Positions 10,449 to 21,537 of a stretch of 64,000 bases of DNA are shown in pieces. A model generated the notes under the pieces. The model ran no database searches, had not been told where the DNA came from, and saw only the letters and a list, made by a program, of their open reading frames with translations. Origin of the DNA: an uncultured Ferrovum sp. (GTDB lineage Bacteria; Pseudomonadota; Gammaproteobacteria; Burkholderiales; Ferrovaceae); contig CAIVUX010000022.1 in the NCBI GenBank assembly GCA_903909215.1, positions 7,609 to 71,608 of the forward strand. Reading direction: 5' to 3'. The position numbers and the translations under genes are program-made. Positions within the stretch are counted from its first letter, which is position 1. Every line of letters starts with the position of its first letter.

Positions 10449-11582
10449 TTAAGGTGTCAGCGCAAACAATTTGCCGTCACGGGTTTGAACTAAAATTAGG
10501 TTGCCACCCAAAGCCAGAGGTTGTTGTGTAATGGGTTCGCCATCGGTTTTAATGCGGCCTGATACGCTGCCATCCACGCGCGACAGGAAATGCACCATCC
10601 CCTCGATGTCACCCACTACCACATAGTCCTCTGTGGCACCTGGTGCCGAGATGTGACGTCCTTGCAAGGATTCTTCCCGCCAGGCCACGGTGCCGCTCAT
10701 CCGGTTAAAGGCTGTCACGACACCTTTTTCATCCGACACGTACACTTTGTTGCCAGAGCTTGCAATGCCCCCCACGGTGGCCGTTTCGTGAGCCCATAAA
10801 GGAGTGCCTTTGTTGGCGTCAAAACAAGCGGTTTTTCCTTGGTAGCTGGCTGCACAGACGTCGGCCTCACCCAGCAATGGGTTGCCCAGCACATCACTAA
10901 CACGTTCTAGTTCAGTAGCTCCTTTGGGTAACGACACAGCCGCTTCCCAACCCACATTGCCCGTCCCCATATCGATGGCCAGCAAACGCCCACCGGGCTG
11001 ACCGACAAAGGCCGCGCCACGACTGGTTACAATTCCGCCTGCGCCACGCAACACCAAGGCCGGCATGGGACGCGCCACTAACCAGCGGCGTTTTCCGTCA
11101 ACAGCGTCCAAACCCACAATATGTCCATCTAGGGTGCGCGCCACCACCACACCGTCAGTGGCATGGGGCGGAACCGATAATTCACTGCTGAGCTGGCTAC
11201 GCCAACGCAATTCGCCCTTCAGGCTATAGGCCAACACCTCACCTTTTCTGGTGCCCAAAAACAATAAGTCATTTCCAGAACCCACGCCGGCAGAAAAATT
11301 TTCCTTGGTTTTAACGCTCCACAGGTTGTTGCCTGATTTTGCATCCAAAGCACTCAGTTCACCGCTTTCATTGGCCAAGTACAGCACGTCTCCCACCAAT
11401 GCAGGGTCCAATGGATGACCCAGACTGACCTTCCATTTTACATTTAAGGGTAGTGGCGATTTTAAAGGCTGCAACGGGCTTACAGGTACCGGATCAGACC
11501 CGCAACCCATGAGCAAAAAGGCCAACACGGAACCCACCATTAGGCCGCGCCACAGGTGGCCTGTACTGATTAAACGTCTCAT
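10449..11582 (-). CDS. bamB: Outer-membrane assembly lipoprotein BamB (PQQ-like beta-propeller)
   Basis: 377 aa with a lipobox LLMGC and repeated propeller blades. It sits in the conserved slot between yfgM and der. Confidence 0.85.
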   Translation of the reverse strand: MRRLISTGHLWRGLMVGSVLAFLLMGCGSDPVPVSPLQPLKSPLPLNVKWKVSLGHPLDPALVGDVLYLANESGELSALDAKSGNNLWSVKTKENFSAGVGSGNDLLFLGTRKGEVLAYSLKGELRWRSQLSSELSVPPHATDGVVVARTLDGHIVGLDAVDGKRRWLVARPMPALVLRGAGGIVTSRGAAFVGQPGGRLLAIDMGTGNVGWEAAVSLPKGATELERVSDVLGNPLLGEADVCAASYQGKTACFDANKGTPLWAHETATVGGIASSGNKVYVSDEKGVVTAFNRMSGTVAWREESLQGRHISAPGATEDYVVVGDIEGMVHFLSRVDGSVSGRIKTDGEPITQQPLALGGNLILVQTRDGKLFALTP

Positions 11583-12211
11583 TTGGATTCTCCAAGAGCA
11601 TCGCGCTTATAGGTATCCAATTGCTTTAGCACGCCGGTCGCAGGCGAGCGATCCATGGCAGTTTGATAGGCCGCGCGAGCATCGCTCCACTTTCCCTGCG
11701 CTGTGAGGATGTCCCCACGTCGATCCGCCGTAAGGGCCACGAAAGCAGGGTCATGATTGGCGTCTAATAATTTTAAGGCTTCATCAAATTTTTTCTCATC
11801 CGCCAGTAAGCCGGCCACACGGATGCGCGCCAAATCCACCATAGGTGCTTCACTGCTGTGCGCAATGACCCACTCCAACTCAAGGCGCGCACCAACATCA
11901 TCACCCTTCACATGGCCAACGGCAGCGGCAATCAGTGCCCCCCGTGTGGCCAAGGGGCTGGCTGGCTGTGCTTCTTGTAAGGCTTTGGCCGCTTGCAATG
12001 CCGCCACCGCATCACCGCCACGCGCTGCAGCGCGCACAGCATCAAACAAGACACCGGCTTTTTCAGCTTGACCCCGTTGGTAATAATGCCACCCTTGCAT
12101 GCTGGCATAAGACACCGCCAGAACCAAGACAAAAGCCCATACCCAAGAGGCATATTGCTTCCACCAGGCTTTAAGAATGTCTATTTTTTCCTGTTCTTCA
12201 AGATCAAGCAT
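11579..12211 (-). CDS. YfgM-family membrane-anchored TPR-like protein
   Basis: 210 aa with one N-terminal TM segment followed by a helical, Ala-rich TPR-like region. It sits in the conserved hisS-yfgM-bamB position and overlaps both neighbours. Confidence 0.7.
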   Translation of the reverse strand: MLDLEEQEKIDILKAWWKQYASWVWAFVLVLAVSYASMQGWHYYQRGQAEKAGVLFDAVRAAARGGDAVAALQAAKALQEAQPASPLATRGALIAAAVGHVKGDDVGARLELEWVIAHSSEAPMVDLARIRVAGLLADEKKFDEALKLLDANHDPAFVALTADRRGDILTAQGKWSDARAAYQTAMDRSPATGVLKQLDTYKRDALGESK

Positions 12212-13481
12212 GCGTGCGTTCCTGCTTCAGTAGTTGAATGGCGTGTGTCAATGACACGGTTTGTTGTTGCCCCTGACCGCGCAGTGGTTTAATGCTGACA
12301 GTCTGGTTACGAATTTCATCTTCACCCAAGATAACAGCATACCCTGCACCACTGCTGTCGGCCCGTTTGAGTTGGTTTTTAAAACCGCCTTCACCGCAAT
12401 AGAGCACCGCAGCCAACCCCGCTTGACGCAGCGCATCGGCGGTGAGAAAGGCGGCAGGTTGCGTGTCCTCTCCTTGATACACCACATAGACATCCGGTGC
12501 GCTGACGGGAATAGTGATGGATTGCGTTTCTTGTATCAAAGCCAATAAACGCTCCATGCCAAAAGCAAAACCACAAGCCGGTGCGGGTTTACCGCCCAAT
12601 TGTTCCACCAGACCATCATAACGACCGCCTGCGCAGATGGTGCTTTGTGCGCCCAACAGGGGTGTCGTCCATTCAAAAACAGTGCCGTTGTAGTAATCCA
12701 AACCGCGTACCAATCGATGGTTGAGCACAAAGGGGATGCCCGCGCTGCTCAACAAAAACTGCAAGCGCTCAAAATGCTGCGCGGATTCATCATCCAAATC
12801 ATCCGTCAGGCGTGGTGCCGATTCAATAATATGGGCCATAGCCGGATTCTTGCTGTCTAGGATGCGCAAGGGGTTAGAGTGCAGGCGACGCACGCCCTCA
12901 TCATCCAATTCGCTGCGATGCAGTTCTAAATAGGCAATCAATTTTTCACGGTGACGGGCACGGCAGGCGGCGCTGCCAATGCTGTTAATTTCTAACGTCA
13001 CTTCTTTAATACCCAGCAACGCCCAAAGGCGTGCTGTCATAACCATCAGCTCAGCATCAATATCAGGGCCCGCGAAGCCCAAGGCCTCCGCGCCGCATTG
13101 ATGAAACTGACGATAGCGACCCTTTTGAGGGCGTTCATGGCGAAACATGGGGCCCATGTACCACAAGCGCTGAGGCCCGGGATAGAGCACGTTATGTTGT
13201 ACCGCCAAACGCACGCAAGCGGCCGTGGCTTCTGGGCGCAAGGTGAGATTCTCGCCATTTAAGCGGTCCACAAAGCTGTACATTTCTTTTTCTACGATGT
13301 CGGTCACTTCACCAATGGAGCGCGTAAAGAGTCCGGTGCTCTCTAATATAGGCGAGCGCACCTCAAGGTAACCGTATTGCCCCAACCAGTGGCGCAGCAC
13401 AGCTTCCAAAAATGCCCAGGCGTGCGCCTCCTCTGGAAGGATGTCGTTCATACCGCGTACGGCTTGAAATTTTTCAGCCAT
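12204..13481 (-). CDS. hisS: Histidine--tRNA ligase
   Basis: 425 aa. N-terminus [12 protein letters not shown], class II motifs ([23 protein letters not shown]) and an anticodon-binding domain. Confidence 0.95.
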   Translation of the reverse strand: MAEKFQAVRGMNDILPEEAHAWAFLEAVLRHWLGQYGYLEVRSPILESTGLFTRSIGEVTDIVEKEMYSFVDRLNGENLTLRPEATAACVRLAVQHNVLYPGPQRLWYMGPMFRHERPQKGRYRQFHQCGAEALGFAGPDIDAELMVMTARLWALLGIKEVTLEINSIGSAACRARHREKLIAYLELHRSELDDEGVRRLHSNPLRILDSKNPAMAHIIESAPRLTDDLDDESAQHFERLQFLLSSAGIPFVLNHRLVRGLDYYNGTVFEWTTPLLGAQSTICAGGRYDGLVEQLGGKPAPACGFAFGMERLLALIQETQSITIPVSAPDVYVVYQGEDTQPAAFLTADALRQAGLAAVLYCGEGGFKNQLKRADSSGAGYAVILGEDEIRNQTVSIKPLRGQGQQQTVSLTHAIQLLKQERTHA

Positions 13482-14735
13482 CTAACCGGCTCGCTTTTTG
13501 GCTGCGTCGCCATAACGACGCTCTACGTAATTTTCTACCAACACTTGAAACTCTTCAGCGATATGCGCGCCTTTTAAGGTGATAAATTTTTCGCCATCCA
13601 TGTATACAGGGGCCACCGGAAACTCACCGGACCCTGGCAGGCTAATGCCAATATCGGCCAACTTGCTTTCCCCTGGCCCATTCACCACGCAGCCCATTAC
13701 AGCCACATGCAGTGATTCCGCACCTGGGTATTGGACGCGCCAGCGTGGCATCGCATCACGCAAAAAACCTTGAATGTTTTGTGCCAATTCCTGAAAAACA
13801 GTGCTGGTGGTGCGTCCGCATCCAGGACATGCGGTTACCATGGGTGCGAAAGCGCGCAGCCCCATGGTTTGCAACAATTCTTGCGCCACCAACACTTCGC
13901 GTGTGCGATCACCATTGGGTTCTGGGGTAAGCGACACACGAATGGTGTCGCCAATACCCTCTTGCAGCAAAATAGCCATGGCTGCACTGGAGGCCACAAT
14001 CCCTTTACTGCCCATGCCCGCTTCGGTTAGTCCCAAATGCAATGGATAATCGCAGCGCTGTGCCAAATCGCGATACACGGCAATCAGTTGCTGCACACCA
14101 CTCACCTTGCAAGAGAGCGTGATGCGGTCCTGAGGCAATCCCAGTTGCACAGCGGTTGCAGCACTCTCTAAGGCAGAAGCCACCAACGCTGCACGCGTTA
14201 CGGCTTCCACTGGCTGCGGCTCTCTTAGGCGTGCGTTATCGTCCATGTAGCGCGACAGCACGAGAGGATCGAGGCTGCCAGAATTAACGCCAATGCGCAC
14301 GGGCTTGTTATAACGACAGGCCAATTCAATCAAGGTGGCGAATTGATGATCGCGCTTCGAGCCTAAGCCCACATTGCCAGGATTAATACGATATTTATCA
14401 AGCGCGCTGGCGCAGTCGGGGTAGTCGCTTAGTAATTTATGTCCGTTGTAATGAAAGTCACCCACCAATGGAACATCTAAGCCCATTAGGTTTAATTGTT
14501 CGCGAACGTGCGGCACGGCAGCAGCAGCCTCGGGACTGTTTACGGTAATGCGTACCAATTCAGAACCGGCTTTAAATAATGCCGCCACTTGTACCACCGT
14601 GCGCGTCACATCCACCGTATCGGTATTGGTCATGGACTGCACCACAATGGGCGCACCGCCTCCTATGGCCACGCCGCGCACCAGAACTGAGTGGCTGGTG
14701 CGTCGCAGAGGTAGGCCGCTGACAGAGAGCGTCAT
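13482..14735 (-). CDS. ispG: 4-hydroxy-3-methylbut-2-enyl diphosphate synthase IspG (GcpE)
   Basis: 417 aa. Contains VQSMTNTDT and cluster cysteines (ACPGCGRT ... GCVVNGPGE). Confidence 0.95.
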   Translation of the reverse strand: MTLSVSGLPLRRTSHSVLVRGVAIGGGAPIVVQSMTNTDTVDVTRTVVQVAALFKAGSELVRITVNSPEAAAAVPHVREQLNLMGLDVPLVGDFHYNGHKLLSDYPDCASALDKYRINPGNVGLGSKRDHQFATLIELACRYNKPVRIGVNSGSLDPLVLSRYMDDNARLREPQPVEAVTRAALVASALESAATAVQLGLPQDRITLSCKVSGVQQLIAVYRDLAQRCDYPLHLGLTEAGMGSKGIVASSAAMAILLQEGIGDTIRVSLTPEPNGDRTREVLVAQELLQTMGLRAFAPMVTACPGCGRTTSTVFQELAQNIQGFLRDAMPRWRVQYPGAESLHVAVMGCVVNGPGESKLADIGISLPGSGEFPVAPVYMDGEKFITLKGAHIAEEFQVLVENYVERRYGDAAKKRAG

Positions 14736-14738
14736 AAA

Positions 14739-15302
14739 TTAATAACTCATTCCGGGTTTAGAGGCCGACCGCTCCAAAGGAGCAATGATATTGGGCGGCG
14801 GTGCAGGAATATTGGCCGGCATTACGTCAGAAGTTGCGGGCGTTTCAGCCAATGGTGCAACAGCGTCGTTATGCGGTTTGCTTTCCACAAACCACCACAA
14901 ACCTGCAGCAACAGTAAGGGCCAACAATGCGCCGGCAGCCAACACCCAACGCCGGTTTAAGTGCCGTGAATTAATAGAAAAAGTAATATTTTGACTGGGC
15001 ACAGCGACCTTATGCATTTGCAAAGGCTTTACAATTGAGTCCGGACGCTCGCTCTCTAAAGCACGCAAAATAGGCGCCATATCGGCCCCTAGCAAACGCG
15101 CGTAACTGCGCACCAAAGCACGCACCACATTAATATCGGGTAGGGCATCATAATTCCCGGCTTCAAGCGCGCTAATTTGGCGTTCTCCAAAACGCAACTG
15201 CAAACTGATGTCGTGAATGCTAAAACCCATCTGTAAACGTAACGCCAACAACTGCGCTCCTGCGCCCTCTAGGGGTAACGCTTCTTGACGATTTTCACTC
15301 AT
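14739..15302 (-). CDS. RodZ-like HTH (XRE-type) membrane protein, short form
   Basis: N-terminal HTH ([30 protein letters not shown]) followed by one TM segment. It sits in the conserved slot between rlmN and ispG. The start was set at the ATG at 15302, which forms an ATGA overlap with the rlmN stop. The track extension (..15371) lies inside rlmN. Confidence 0.7.
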   Translation of the reverse strand: MSENRQEALPLEGAGAQLLALRLQMGFSIHDISLQLRFGERQISALEAGNYDALPDINVVRALVRSYARLLGADMAPILRALESERPDSIVKPLQMHKVAVPSQNITFSINSRHLNRRWVLAAGALLALTVAAGLWWFVESKPHNDAVAPLAETPATSDVMPANIPAPPPNIIAPLERSASKPGMSY

Positions 15303-16387
15303 GCGTGTCGCTCCGCCATCTTGGCTTGTCTCTGGCTTCTGTCCACCACCTGCCCGGCCAATTGTCCGCAAGCGGCATCAATGTCTTCACCGCGGGTTTT
15401 GCGTACGGTTACCACAAAACCGGCTTGCATCAAGATGTCGCGGAAGCGCCGTACGGATTCAGGACGTGAGGTACGGTAACCAGAATCAGGAAATGGATTA
15501 AAGGGGATTAAATTAAATTTACAAGACACGCCATTCACACATTCAATGAGTTGACGCGCTTGCGCTTCAGAATCATTAACGCCTTCCAGCATGACATATT
15601 CGAAGGTGACAAAATCGCGCGGGGCTACTTCGAGGTAACGGTTGCAAGCGGCCATTAGTTCTTTTAAAGGGTACTTTTGATTGATGGGCACCAACCTATC
15701 GCGCAAAGCATCTGTAGGAGCGTGCAATGATACCGCCAAGGCCACGGGTGCGCGTTCGCGCAAGCGATCAAGAGCGGGTAACACGCCTGATGTGGAAACC
15801 GTTACGCGACGACGCGACAGACCATAACCGTGATCGTCCAACAAAATATCCAGCGCGTTCACCACCGCATCATAATTGAGCAAAGGCTCGCCCATGCCCA
15901 TCAATACCACATTGCTTATGACACGCTCACCCTTGGCTTCATGACCCAAGGCGCGATTGGCCCACCACACCTGTCCAATAATTTCAGCGATGGTGAGGTT
16001 GCGGTTAAACCCCTGTCGTCCGGTGGAGCAGAAGGTACAAGCCAGGGCGCAACCCACTTGAGAGGAGATGCACAAAGTGCCGCGTTCATCCTCGGGGATA
16101 AACACGGTTTCAATGGCATTACCCGGACTCAATTCCAATAACCATTTACGCGTGCCGTCCTGCGAAACCTGCTCAGAGAGCAGGCGGGGCACTTGCACGG
16201 TGGCTATGCTGGCAAGCTTTTCCCGGAAAGATTTGGCTATGTCCGTCATTTGGTTAAAGTCGGATTCGCCAAACTGGTGAATCCATTTCATCAATTGCCG
16301 GGCGCGAAAAGGCTTCTCGCCCAATTCTTCAAGGAATTGAGTGAGGGCCTCACGGTTTAAACCCAACAGATTAACGGGCATCAACAA
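15299..16387 (-). CDS. rlmN: Dual-specificity 23S rRNA/tRNA A2503/A37 C2-methyltransferase RlmN (radical SAM)
   Basis: 362 aa with a CxxxCxxC motif ([12 protein letters not shown]) and the C-terminal DIDAACGQL motif. Confidence 0.95.
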   Translation of the reverse strand: MLMPVNLLGLNREALTQFLEELGEKPFRARQLMKWIHQFGESDFNQMTDIAKSFREKLASIATVQVPRLLSEQVSQDGTRKWLLELSPGNAIETVFIPEDERGTLCISSQVGCALACTFCSTGRQGFNRNLTIAEIIGQVWWANRALGHEAKGERVISNVVLMGMGEPLLNYDAVVNALDILLDDHGYGLSRRRVTVSTSGVLPALDRLRERAPVALAVSLHAPTDALRDRLVPINQKYPLKELMAACNRYLEVAPRDFVTFEYVMLEGVNDSEAQARQLIECVNGVSCKFNLIPFNPFPDSGYRTSRPESVRRFRDILMQAGFVVTVRKTRGEDIDAACGQLAGQVVDRSQRQAKMAERHA

Positions 16388-16396
16388 TGCTCCGAA

Positions 16397-16822
16397 TTAA
16401 CGGGAGTACACGTTCAAAGCAGGGAAAAAATAGGCAATTTCCACTGCAGCGGTTTCAGGGGCGTCCGAACCATGCACGGCATTGGCATCGATGCTGTCGG
16501 CAAAATCAGCTCGTATGGTGCCCGGAGCCGCTTTTTTAGGGTCTGTTGCCCCCATTAAGTCGCGATTTTTAAGAATCGCGCCTTCGCCCTCTAACGCCTG
16601 AATCATCACCGGGCCTGAAATCATGAAGGACACCAGGTCCTTAAAGAATGGGCGCTCACGATGAACAGCATAAAAACCTTCCGCTTCTGCTTGCGACAGG
16701 CGCGCCATACGGGCGGCAACCACCTTCAGTCCGGCACCTTCAAAACGAGTGATAATTTGTCCAATCACGTTTTTGGCAACGGCATCGGGCTTGATAATAG
16801 ATAGGGTACGCTCAACTGACAT
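16397..16822 (-). CDS. ndk: Nucleoside diphosphate kinase
   Basis: [15 protein letters not shown]...NAVHGSD (active-site His). Trimmed to the conserved N-terminus; the track starts 9 codons earlier. Confidence 0.95.
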   Translation of the reverse strand: MSVERTLSIIKPDAVAKNVIGQIITRFEGAGLKVVAARMARLSQAEAEGFYAVHRERPFFKDLVSFMISGPVMIQALEGEGAILKNRDLMGATDPKKAAPGTIRADFADSIDANAVHGSDAPETAAVEIAYFFPALNVYSR

Positions 16823-16876
16823 GTCAACACTCCACATAAAAAGGATCACTAAACAGTCAATTTTAGCATGCCCGGC

Positions 16877-18247
16877 CTAGGCTTGTGGGGATGGTCCTTG
16901 CGGGGGCTGCCAATACAATTCCAGCCCGGCTTCCCCTGATCCTGCCTGAAAAGCCACGTCAACAGCAACGCCGGGCACACAAATGAGCGTATCTCCCTTA
17001 AAAACCAAGGGTAAGGCCGCCCGATACCATGGGGGCAGATGGGCCTCTTGCAGTAAATTGCGCAAACTGCGCGAGGGGCGATCCGCGTGGGGGCGCAGAC
17101 GCTCGCCGCCCTGACGGCGCTGCACCCGAATGTTGCCCTCTTGCAAAACGGTCTGCAAAACGCCCTGCCCGTGCACGGCCTTTTGATGCAATACCCCGGC
17201 CTGCGGAATGATGAGGTCTTGCGTGGGCCAGCACTCTAATTCAAGCGGCGTCCAATGTTTATCCAAAGACCGGCGCAATTGCCATAAGCCCTCGAAACGA
17301 TTCAACGTCCAGCCGCCCCAAGCCAACTCAGGCATGCGGTCCGCCGGAGCCGCGGATTGCATCAGCCATTGGGCCAGTTGCTCGCTGTGGCAAGCCGGTG
17401 CGCCCTGCCCTTTTAACCACCAACGCAGCAGGTTGGCCGCACGTGGTGGCCCCAAGGTCAGCACATCCGCCACACGTAACCCCTCTGTTTGACCACAGGC
17501 TGAAAAATCTTCTTCTGCTCGTTCATTGAGCAGCGTTTGTGCATCCGCAAAATGATGAGCGCTGCGCGCAAGAGTGGCACGCCAAGCCGGAAAACGAAGA
17601 TCCAGGACGGGGGAAAGCGCGTGGCGCAAATAATTGCGCACATGCGCCACATCCTGATTGGAGGAATCATCCACCCAGCGCAGGCCCTGGTTTTGTGCGT
17701 AGGCGGTTAAAGCCTTACGAGAACAATTGAGCAGCGGTCGCAACAGCTGTGGACGGGCTTGAAACACGGCAAAAGGTCGATCCGTGGGCATGGCAGAGAG
17801 ACCAGGCAAGCCTGCACCGCGCAGCAATTGGGTGAGCAGTGTTTCTGCTTGATCGTCTTGATGATGCGCTAACACAATAAAATCAGCATCCATGGCACCA
17901 AACACCGCATAGCGGGCACGTCGTGCAGCCGCTTCCAGTCCATCCGGGTCTTTGCGGTCCACGGACACCCTATGAGTACTGCACGGAATTTTCCACGCAG
18001 CACAGGCATCTTCTACCAATTGCTGCCATTGCGCGGCTTCGGGGTGCAGTTGGTGGTTAATGTGTACGGCGCATAAACGAAAAGGGAATTGCGCAGATAA
18101 AGGAATCAGTGCGTGCAACAGAACCATGGAATCCAGGCCACCACTGACCCCCACGCACAGACTGGAACCGGGAGGCACGGTTTCACAAAGGGTTTTTAAA
18201 ACCTCCGTGAGCGGATTAATTGGGTTCTGTTTCCTTAAATTTTCCAT
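16877..18247 (-). CDS. tilS: tRNA(Ile)-lysidine synthase
   Basis: 456 aa with the PP-loop SGGLDS near the N-terminus. It follows accA, as in many proteobacteria. The start is uncertain because the ORF overlaps the accA 3' end by 32 nt. Confidence 0.85.
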   Translation of the reverse strand: MENLRKQNPINPLTEVLKTLCETVPPGSSLCVGVSGGLDSMVLLHALIPLSAQFPFRLCAVHINHQLHPEAAQWQQLVEDACAAWKIPCSTHRVSVDRKDPDGLEAAARRARYAVFGAMDADFIVLAHHQDDQAETLLTQLLRGAGLPGLSAMPTDRPFAVFQARPQLLRPLLNCSRKALTAYAQNQGLRWVDDSSNQDVAHVRNYLRHALSPVLDLRFPAWRATLARSAHHFADAQTLLNERAEEDFSACGQTEGLRVADVLTLGPPRAANLLRWWLKGQGAPACHSEQLAQWLMQSAAPADRMPELAWGGWTLNRFEGLWQLRRSLDKHWTPLELECWPTQDLIIPQAGVLHQKAVHGQGVLQTVLQEGNIRVQRRQGGERLRPHADRPSRSLRNLLQEAHLPPWYRAALPLVFKGDTLICVPGVAVDVAFQAGSGEAGLELYWQPPQGPSPQA

Positions 18248-19184
18248 AGCCCATTAAGCGATCAAAACGACGGGCCAGTAACTCATCTACAGACAAGCCA
18301 TCGATTTGTTTGAGGGTATCTTGCAATGCACGGCGCAGGGATTGCGCCATGGTTTGCGGGTCGCGATGAGCGCCCCCCAAGGGTTCTGGAATAATTTTAT
18401 CCACTAACCCCAAGGCTTTCAGACGCGTGGCGGTAATGCCTAAGGTTTCCGCGGCCTCGCTGGTTTTATCTGCTGTTTTCCACAAAATGGCAGCGCAACC
18501 TTCCGGGGAAATGACAGAGTAAATGGAGTACTGCAAAATAAGCGTGGCATCCCCCACGGCAATGGCCAGCGCCCCACCGGAACCGCCCTCACCAATGATG
18601 GTGCTGATAATCGGTGTTTTCAGTGCCGCCATTTCATACAGGTTGCGCCCAATGGCTTCGGATTGACTGCGCTCTTCTGCATCAATACCCGGATAGGCGC
18701 CGGGAGTATCGATGAAGGTAAAAATGGGCAGGCTAAATTTTTCGGCTAAACGCATTAAGCGCAGAGCCTTGCGATAGCCCTCAGGGCGCGCCTGACCAAA
18801 GTTGCGATAAATACGGTCTTTGGTATCACGGCCTTTTTGATGGCCAATAATCATCACCGGCCGGCCGCCAAATCGAGCCATTCCGCCCACAATAGCCGGA
18901 TCATCGGCAAAGGCGCGATCACCATGCAATTCTTCAAAGTCGGTAAAGATGGCTTCAATGTAATCGAGCAAATAAGGGCGTTGACTGTGACGGGCCACTT
19001 GGGCAATTTGCCAAGCCTTAAGTCCAGCGTAGATGTCTTTGGTGAGCGTTACGCTTTTTTTCTTCAGGCGGTCAATTTCTTGCGAAATGTCCACAGCCGA
19101 ATCTTCCTGCACAAAGCGCAGCTCTTCAATCTTTGCTTCCAGCTCGCCAATCGGCTGTTCAAATTCAAGAAACACTGTTTTCAT
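18216..19184 (-). CDS. accA: Acetyl-CoA carboxylase carboxyltransferase alpha subunit
   Basis: [23 protein letters not shown]... and GGSGGALA motifs. Trimmed from the track start (19232) to the conserved ATG at 19184. Confidence 0.93.
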   Translation of the reverse strand: MKTVFLEFEQPIGELEAKIEELRFVQEDSAVDISQEIDRLKKKSVTLTKDIYAGLKAWQIAQVARHSQRPYLLDYIEAIFTDFEELHGDRAFADDPAIVGGMARFGGRPVMIIGHQKGRDTKDRIYRNFGQARPEGYRKALRLMRLAEKFSLPIFTFIDTPGAYPGIDAEERSQSEAIGRNLYEMAALKTPIISTIIGEGGSGGALAIAVGDATLILQYSIYSVISPEGCAAILWKTADKTSEAAETLGITATRLKALGLVDKIIPEPLGGAHRDPQTMAQSLRRALQDTLKQIDGLSVDELLARRFDRLMGYGKFKETEPN

Positions 19185-19284
19185 ACAATAAATAAGGCTC
19201 TGGGGTTGCAGCCTAAAGAGATAAAGGTGCATTATAATCCATCAAAGCGTTGCATCGCTAACCACCATTTATTAATAGGTCATT

Positions 19285-19836
19285 ATGGGTAATCGGCTGA
19301 CACAAATTTATACCCGCACCGGGGACGACGGAACCACTGGATTGGGCGATGGTTCACGGGTCAGTAAGGATCATCTGCGCGTAGAAACCATGGGGGACGT
19401 GGATGAACTGAACAGCTTAATAGGGGTCTTGCTGTGCGAGGCTCTGCCCGCAGAATCTGCCGCCCTACTCACCGACATTCAACATGACCTGTTCGATGTG
19501 GGCGCGGAAATATGCATACCCGGTCACCGTGTGGTGGCAGAATCACGTGCCGCTGAGTTAGAAAAAGAAATTGATGATATGAACCAACATTTGCTACCCT
19601 TGAAGAACTTCATCTTGCCGGGGGGCTCCCGTGCAGCGGGGCTTTGTCATCACGCCCGCACGGTGTGTCGGCGTGCGGAACGCCGTTTGGTGGCCCTAAG
19701 CCACTCAGAACCAATGGCCATAGCGCTGCATCTATACTTAAACCGCTTATCCGATCTGTTGTTTGTGTTGGCGCGCCACTTAAATCGTCACGTCAATGTG
19801 CCCGATGTATTGTGGCAACCCGAACGTCACAAATAG
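19285..19836 (+). CDS. ATP:cob(I)alamin adenosyltransferase, PduO/MMAB type
   Basis: 183 aa. The N-terminal IYTRTGDDGTTGL motif and helical-bundle length are typical of the family. Confidence 0.85.
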   Translation: MGNRLTQIYTRTGDDGTTGLGDGSRVSKDHLRVETMGDVDELNSLIGVLLCEALPAESAALLTDIQHDLFDVGAEICIPGHRVVAESRAAELEKEIDDMNQHLLPLKNFILPGGSRAAGLCHHARTVCRRAERRLVALSHSEPMAIALHLYLNRLSDLLFVLARHLNRHVNVPDVLWQPERHK

Positions 19837-20390
19837 GCCCATACAGACAGCGTAATACCGGTTACAGCACCCAACACAGCGGGCCCCAATAACCAACGGC
19901 GCTTGGTCAATACGGTAATGGATGCCAACGCAATAGCCACTTGAATAAAGGTCATGGCCAGAGCCAGCAGATGATGCGGATGAAAGGCTTTTTCAGCCAA
20001 CTCATCTTCCTGTTTTGATTTTTCTTCTAAGGCCTCAGCCTTGGCCTTAATCTCCGCTTTTTCTTTGTCGTAGCGCGCCGCTTCGTCCCGGTAATGAGAT
20101 TGCTTATCTTTTGGCGCCAACTCAGCCGCCATCCCCATAATATGGCCTTTGGTGCTTTTGGCTTGATAAAAGCTCCATTGATCACTGGCATGCGCTTTGT
20201 ACAGCACCGCGCCATTCTTATGAAAGAGCGCTTCGTTTTGCGCACTGCCACCCAAAAAACTAACCACCGCACCCACGGTGGCCAAGAGGGCAGTAAAAAT
20301 AGCCACTTGTTGGCCTAAACCGGGTCCATGTTCGGCCGCATGATCTACTTCATGATCATGGGCACCATGTACGTGAAATCCTTCAGACAT
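19827..20390 (-). CDS. Hypothetical membrane protein (DUF4337-like)
   Basis: 187 aa. His-rich N-terminus, a TM segment, a coiled Lys/Glu-rich middle, and a C-terminal TM pair. The family assignment is from memory only. Its 3' end overlaps the adenosyltransferase gene by 10 nt. Confidence 0.5.
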   Translation of the reverse strand: MSEGFHVHGAHDHEVDHAAEHGPGLGQQVAIFTALLATVGAVVSFLGGSAQNEALFHKNGAVLYKAHASDQWSFYQAKSTKGHIMGMAAELAPKDKQSHYRDEAARYDKEKAEIKAKAEALEEKSKQEDELAEKAFHPHHLLALAMTFIQVAIALASITVLTKRRWLLGPAVLGAVTGITLSVWAYL

Positions 20391-20411
20391 CTTTACCCCT
20401 CCTCGATCAGA

Positions 20412-21482
20412 TTAGGCGCCGCGACGACGGCGCACCGCTTCACCCAAAATGGACAGTGCAGTGACTGTATCTTCAAAAGAAATGCAGGCATCGGTAATGC
20501 TCTTCCCGTACTCTAGGGCGCCACCCTTCACCAAATCTTGACGGCCACCCTGAATATGGCTTTCAATCATCACGCCCATAATGCGTTTTTCGCCCGCCAT
20601 CAATTGGTTGGCCACATCGCGCGCCACCAACAACTGCTTCTGTGCATCTTTTAGGCTGTTGGCGTGACTAAAATCAATCATCACTTTGGGTTGTAATTGG
20701 GCTGCAGTTAATTCAGCGCAGGCCACGGCTACGCTGGCTGCGTCAAAATTAGTGGATTTACCACCACGCAAAATAACATGGCAATCGTTGTTGCCGTTGG
20801 TGGCCACAATTGCAGAATGACCCGCTTTGGTTACTGATAAAAAGTGATGGGGTTGTTGGGCGGCGCGGATGGCATCCACTGCAATGCGCAAATTGCCATC
20901 GGTGCCGTTCTTAAAACCAACGGGGCAGGATAAGCCGGAGGCCAGTTCACGATGCACTTGGCTTTCCGTAGTGCGCGCACCAATAGCGCCCCAGCTAATC
21001 AAATCAGCATAATATTGTGGGGTGATTAAATCGAGAAACTCCGTGCCAGCGGGCATACCCATTTGGTTGATATCCAGCAGTAAGCCACGCGCTAAGCTTA
21101 GCCCCTCGTTGATATGAAAGCTGCCATCCAGATGGGGGTCATTAATCAACCCTTTCCAACCCACAGTGGTGCGTGGTTTTTCGAAGTACACCCGCATCAC
21201 CACCAATAATTCATTGGCCCATTGCGCTTTTAATACACTCAGGCGCGTGGCGTATTCCAACGCAGCCTTTGGGTCGTGAATAGAGCAAGGCCCCACAATC
21301 ACCACCAAGCGATCATCTTCATCGTGCAAAATAGCGTGCACAGCACGACGTGCGTCATACACCACCTGAGCTGCGGCCTCAGACAGCGGGAATTCTTCCA
21401 ACAACTTTACCGGGGGGTTCAGTTCTTTAATTTCGCGAACCCGCACGTCGTCAATTTTATGTGTTTGGATATTCATAGACAA
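20412..21482 (-). CDS. aroG: 3-deoxy-D-arabino-heptulosonate-7-phosphate synthase, class I (AroF/G/H type)
   Basis: 356 aa. Contains DDRLVVIVGPCSIHD, KPRTTVGWKGL and IDFSHANS. The feedback specificity of this isozyme cannot be called from sequence. Confidence 0.9.
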   Translation of the reverse strand: MSMNIQTHKIDDVRVREIKELNPPVKLLEEFPLSEAAAQVVYDARRAVHAILHDEDDRLVVIVGPCSIHDPKAALEYATRLSVLKAQWANELLVVMRVYFEKPRTTVGWKGLINDPHLDGSFHINEGLSLARGLLLDINQMGMPAGTEFLDLITPQYYADLISWGAIGARTTESQVHRELASGLSCPVGFKNGTDGNLRIAVDAIRAAQQPHHFLSVTKAGHSAIVATNGNNDCHVILRGGKSTNFDAASVAVACAELTAAQLQPKVMIDFSHANSLKDAQKQLLVARDVANQLMAGEKRIMGVMIESHIQGGRQDLVKGGALEYGKSITDACISFEDTVTALSILGEAVRRRRGA

Positions 21483-21537
21483 CTATTAGGCCTCATGCCA
21501 GTGCTTCAAAATAATTAAACGGATAATTTTAACAGAC

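Noticed and set aside
11489-11502. CCGGATCAGACCCG in the bamB signal-peptide region, encoding C-G-S-D-P, as a possible 13th copy of the palindrome.
   Set aside because: It matches only about 10 of 13 positions and has no partner copy. It could be a decayed copy or chance, so it is not counted.
19206-19238. TATAAT at 19233-19238 with TTGCAG at 19206-19211 as a promoter for the adenosyltransferase gene.
   Set aside because: The spacer is 21 nt, too long for a standard sigma70 promoter. It is not reported as a feature.
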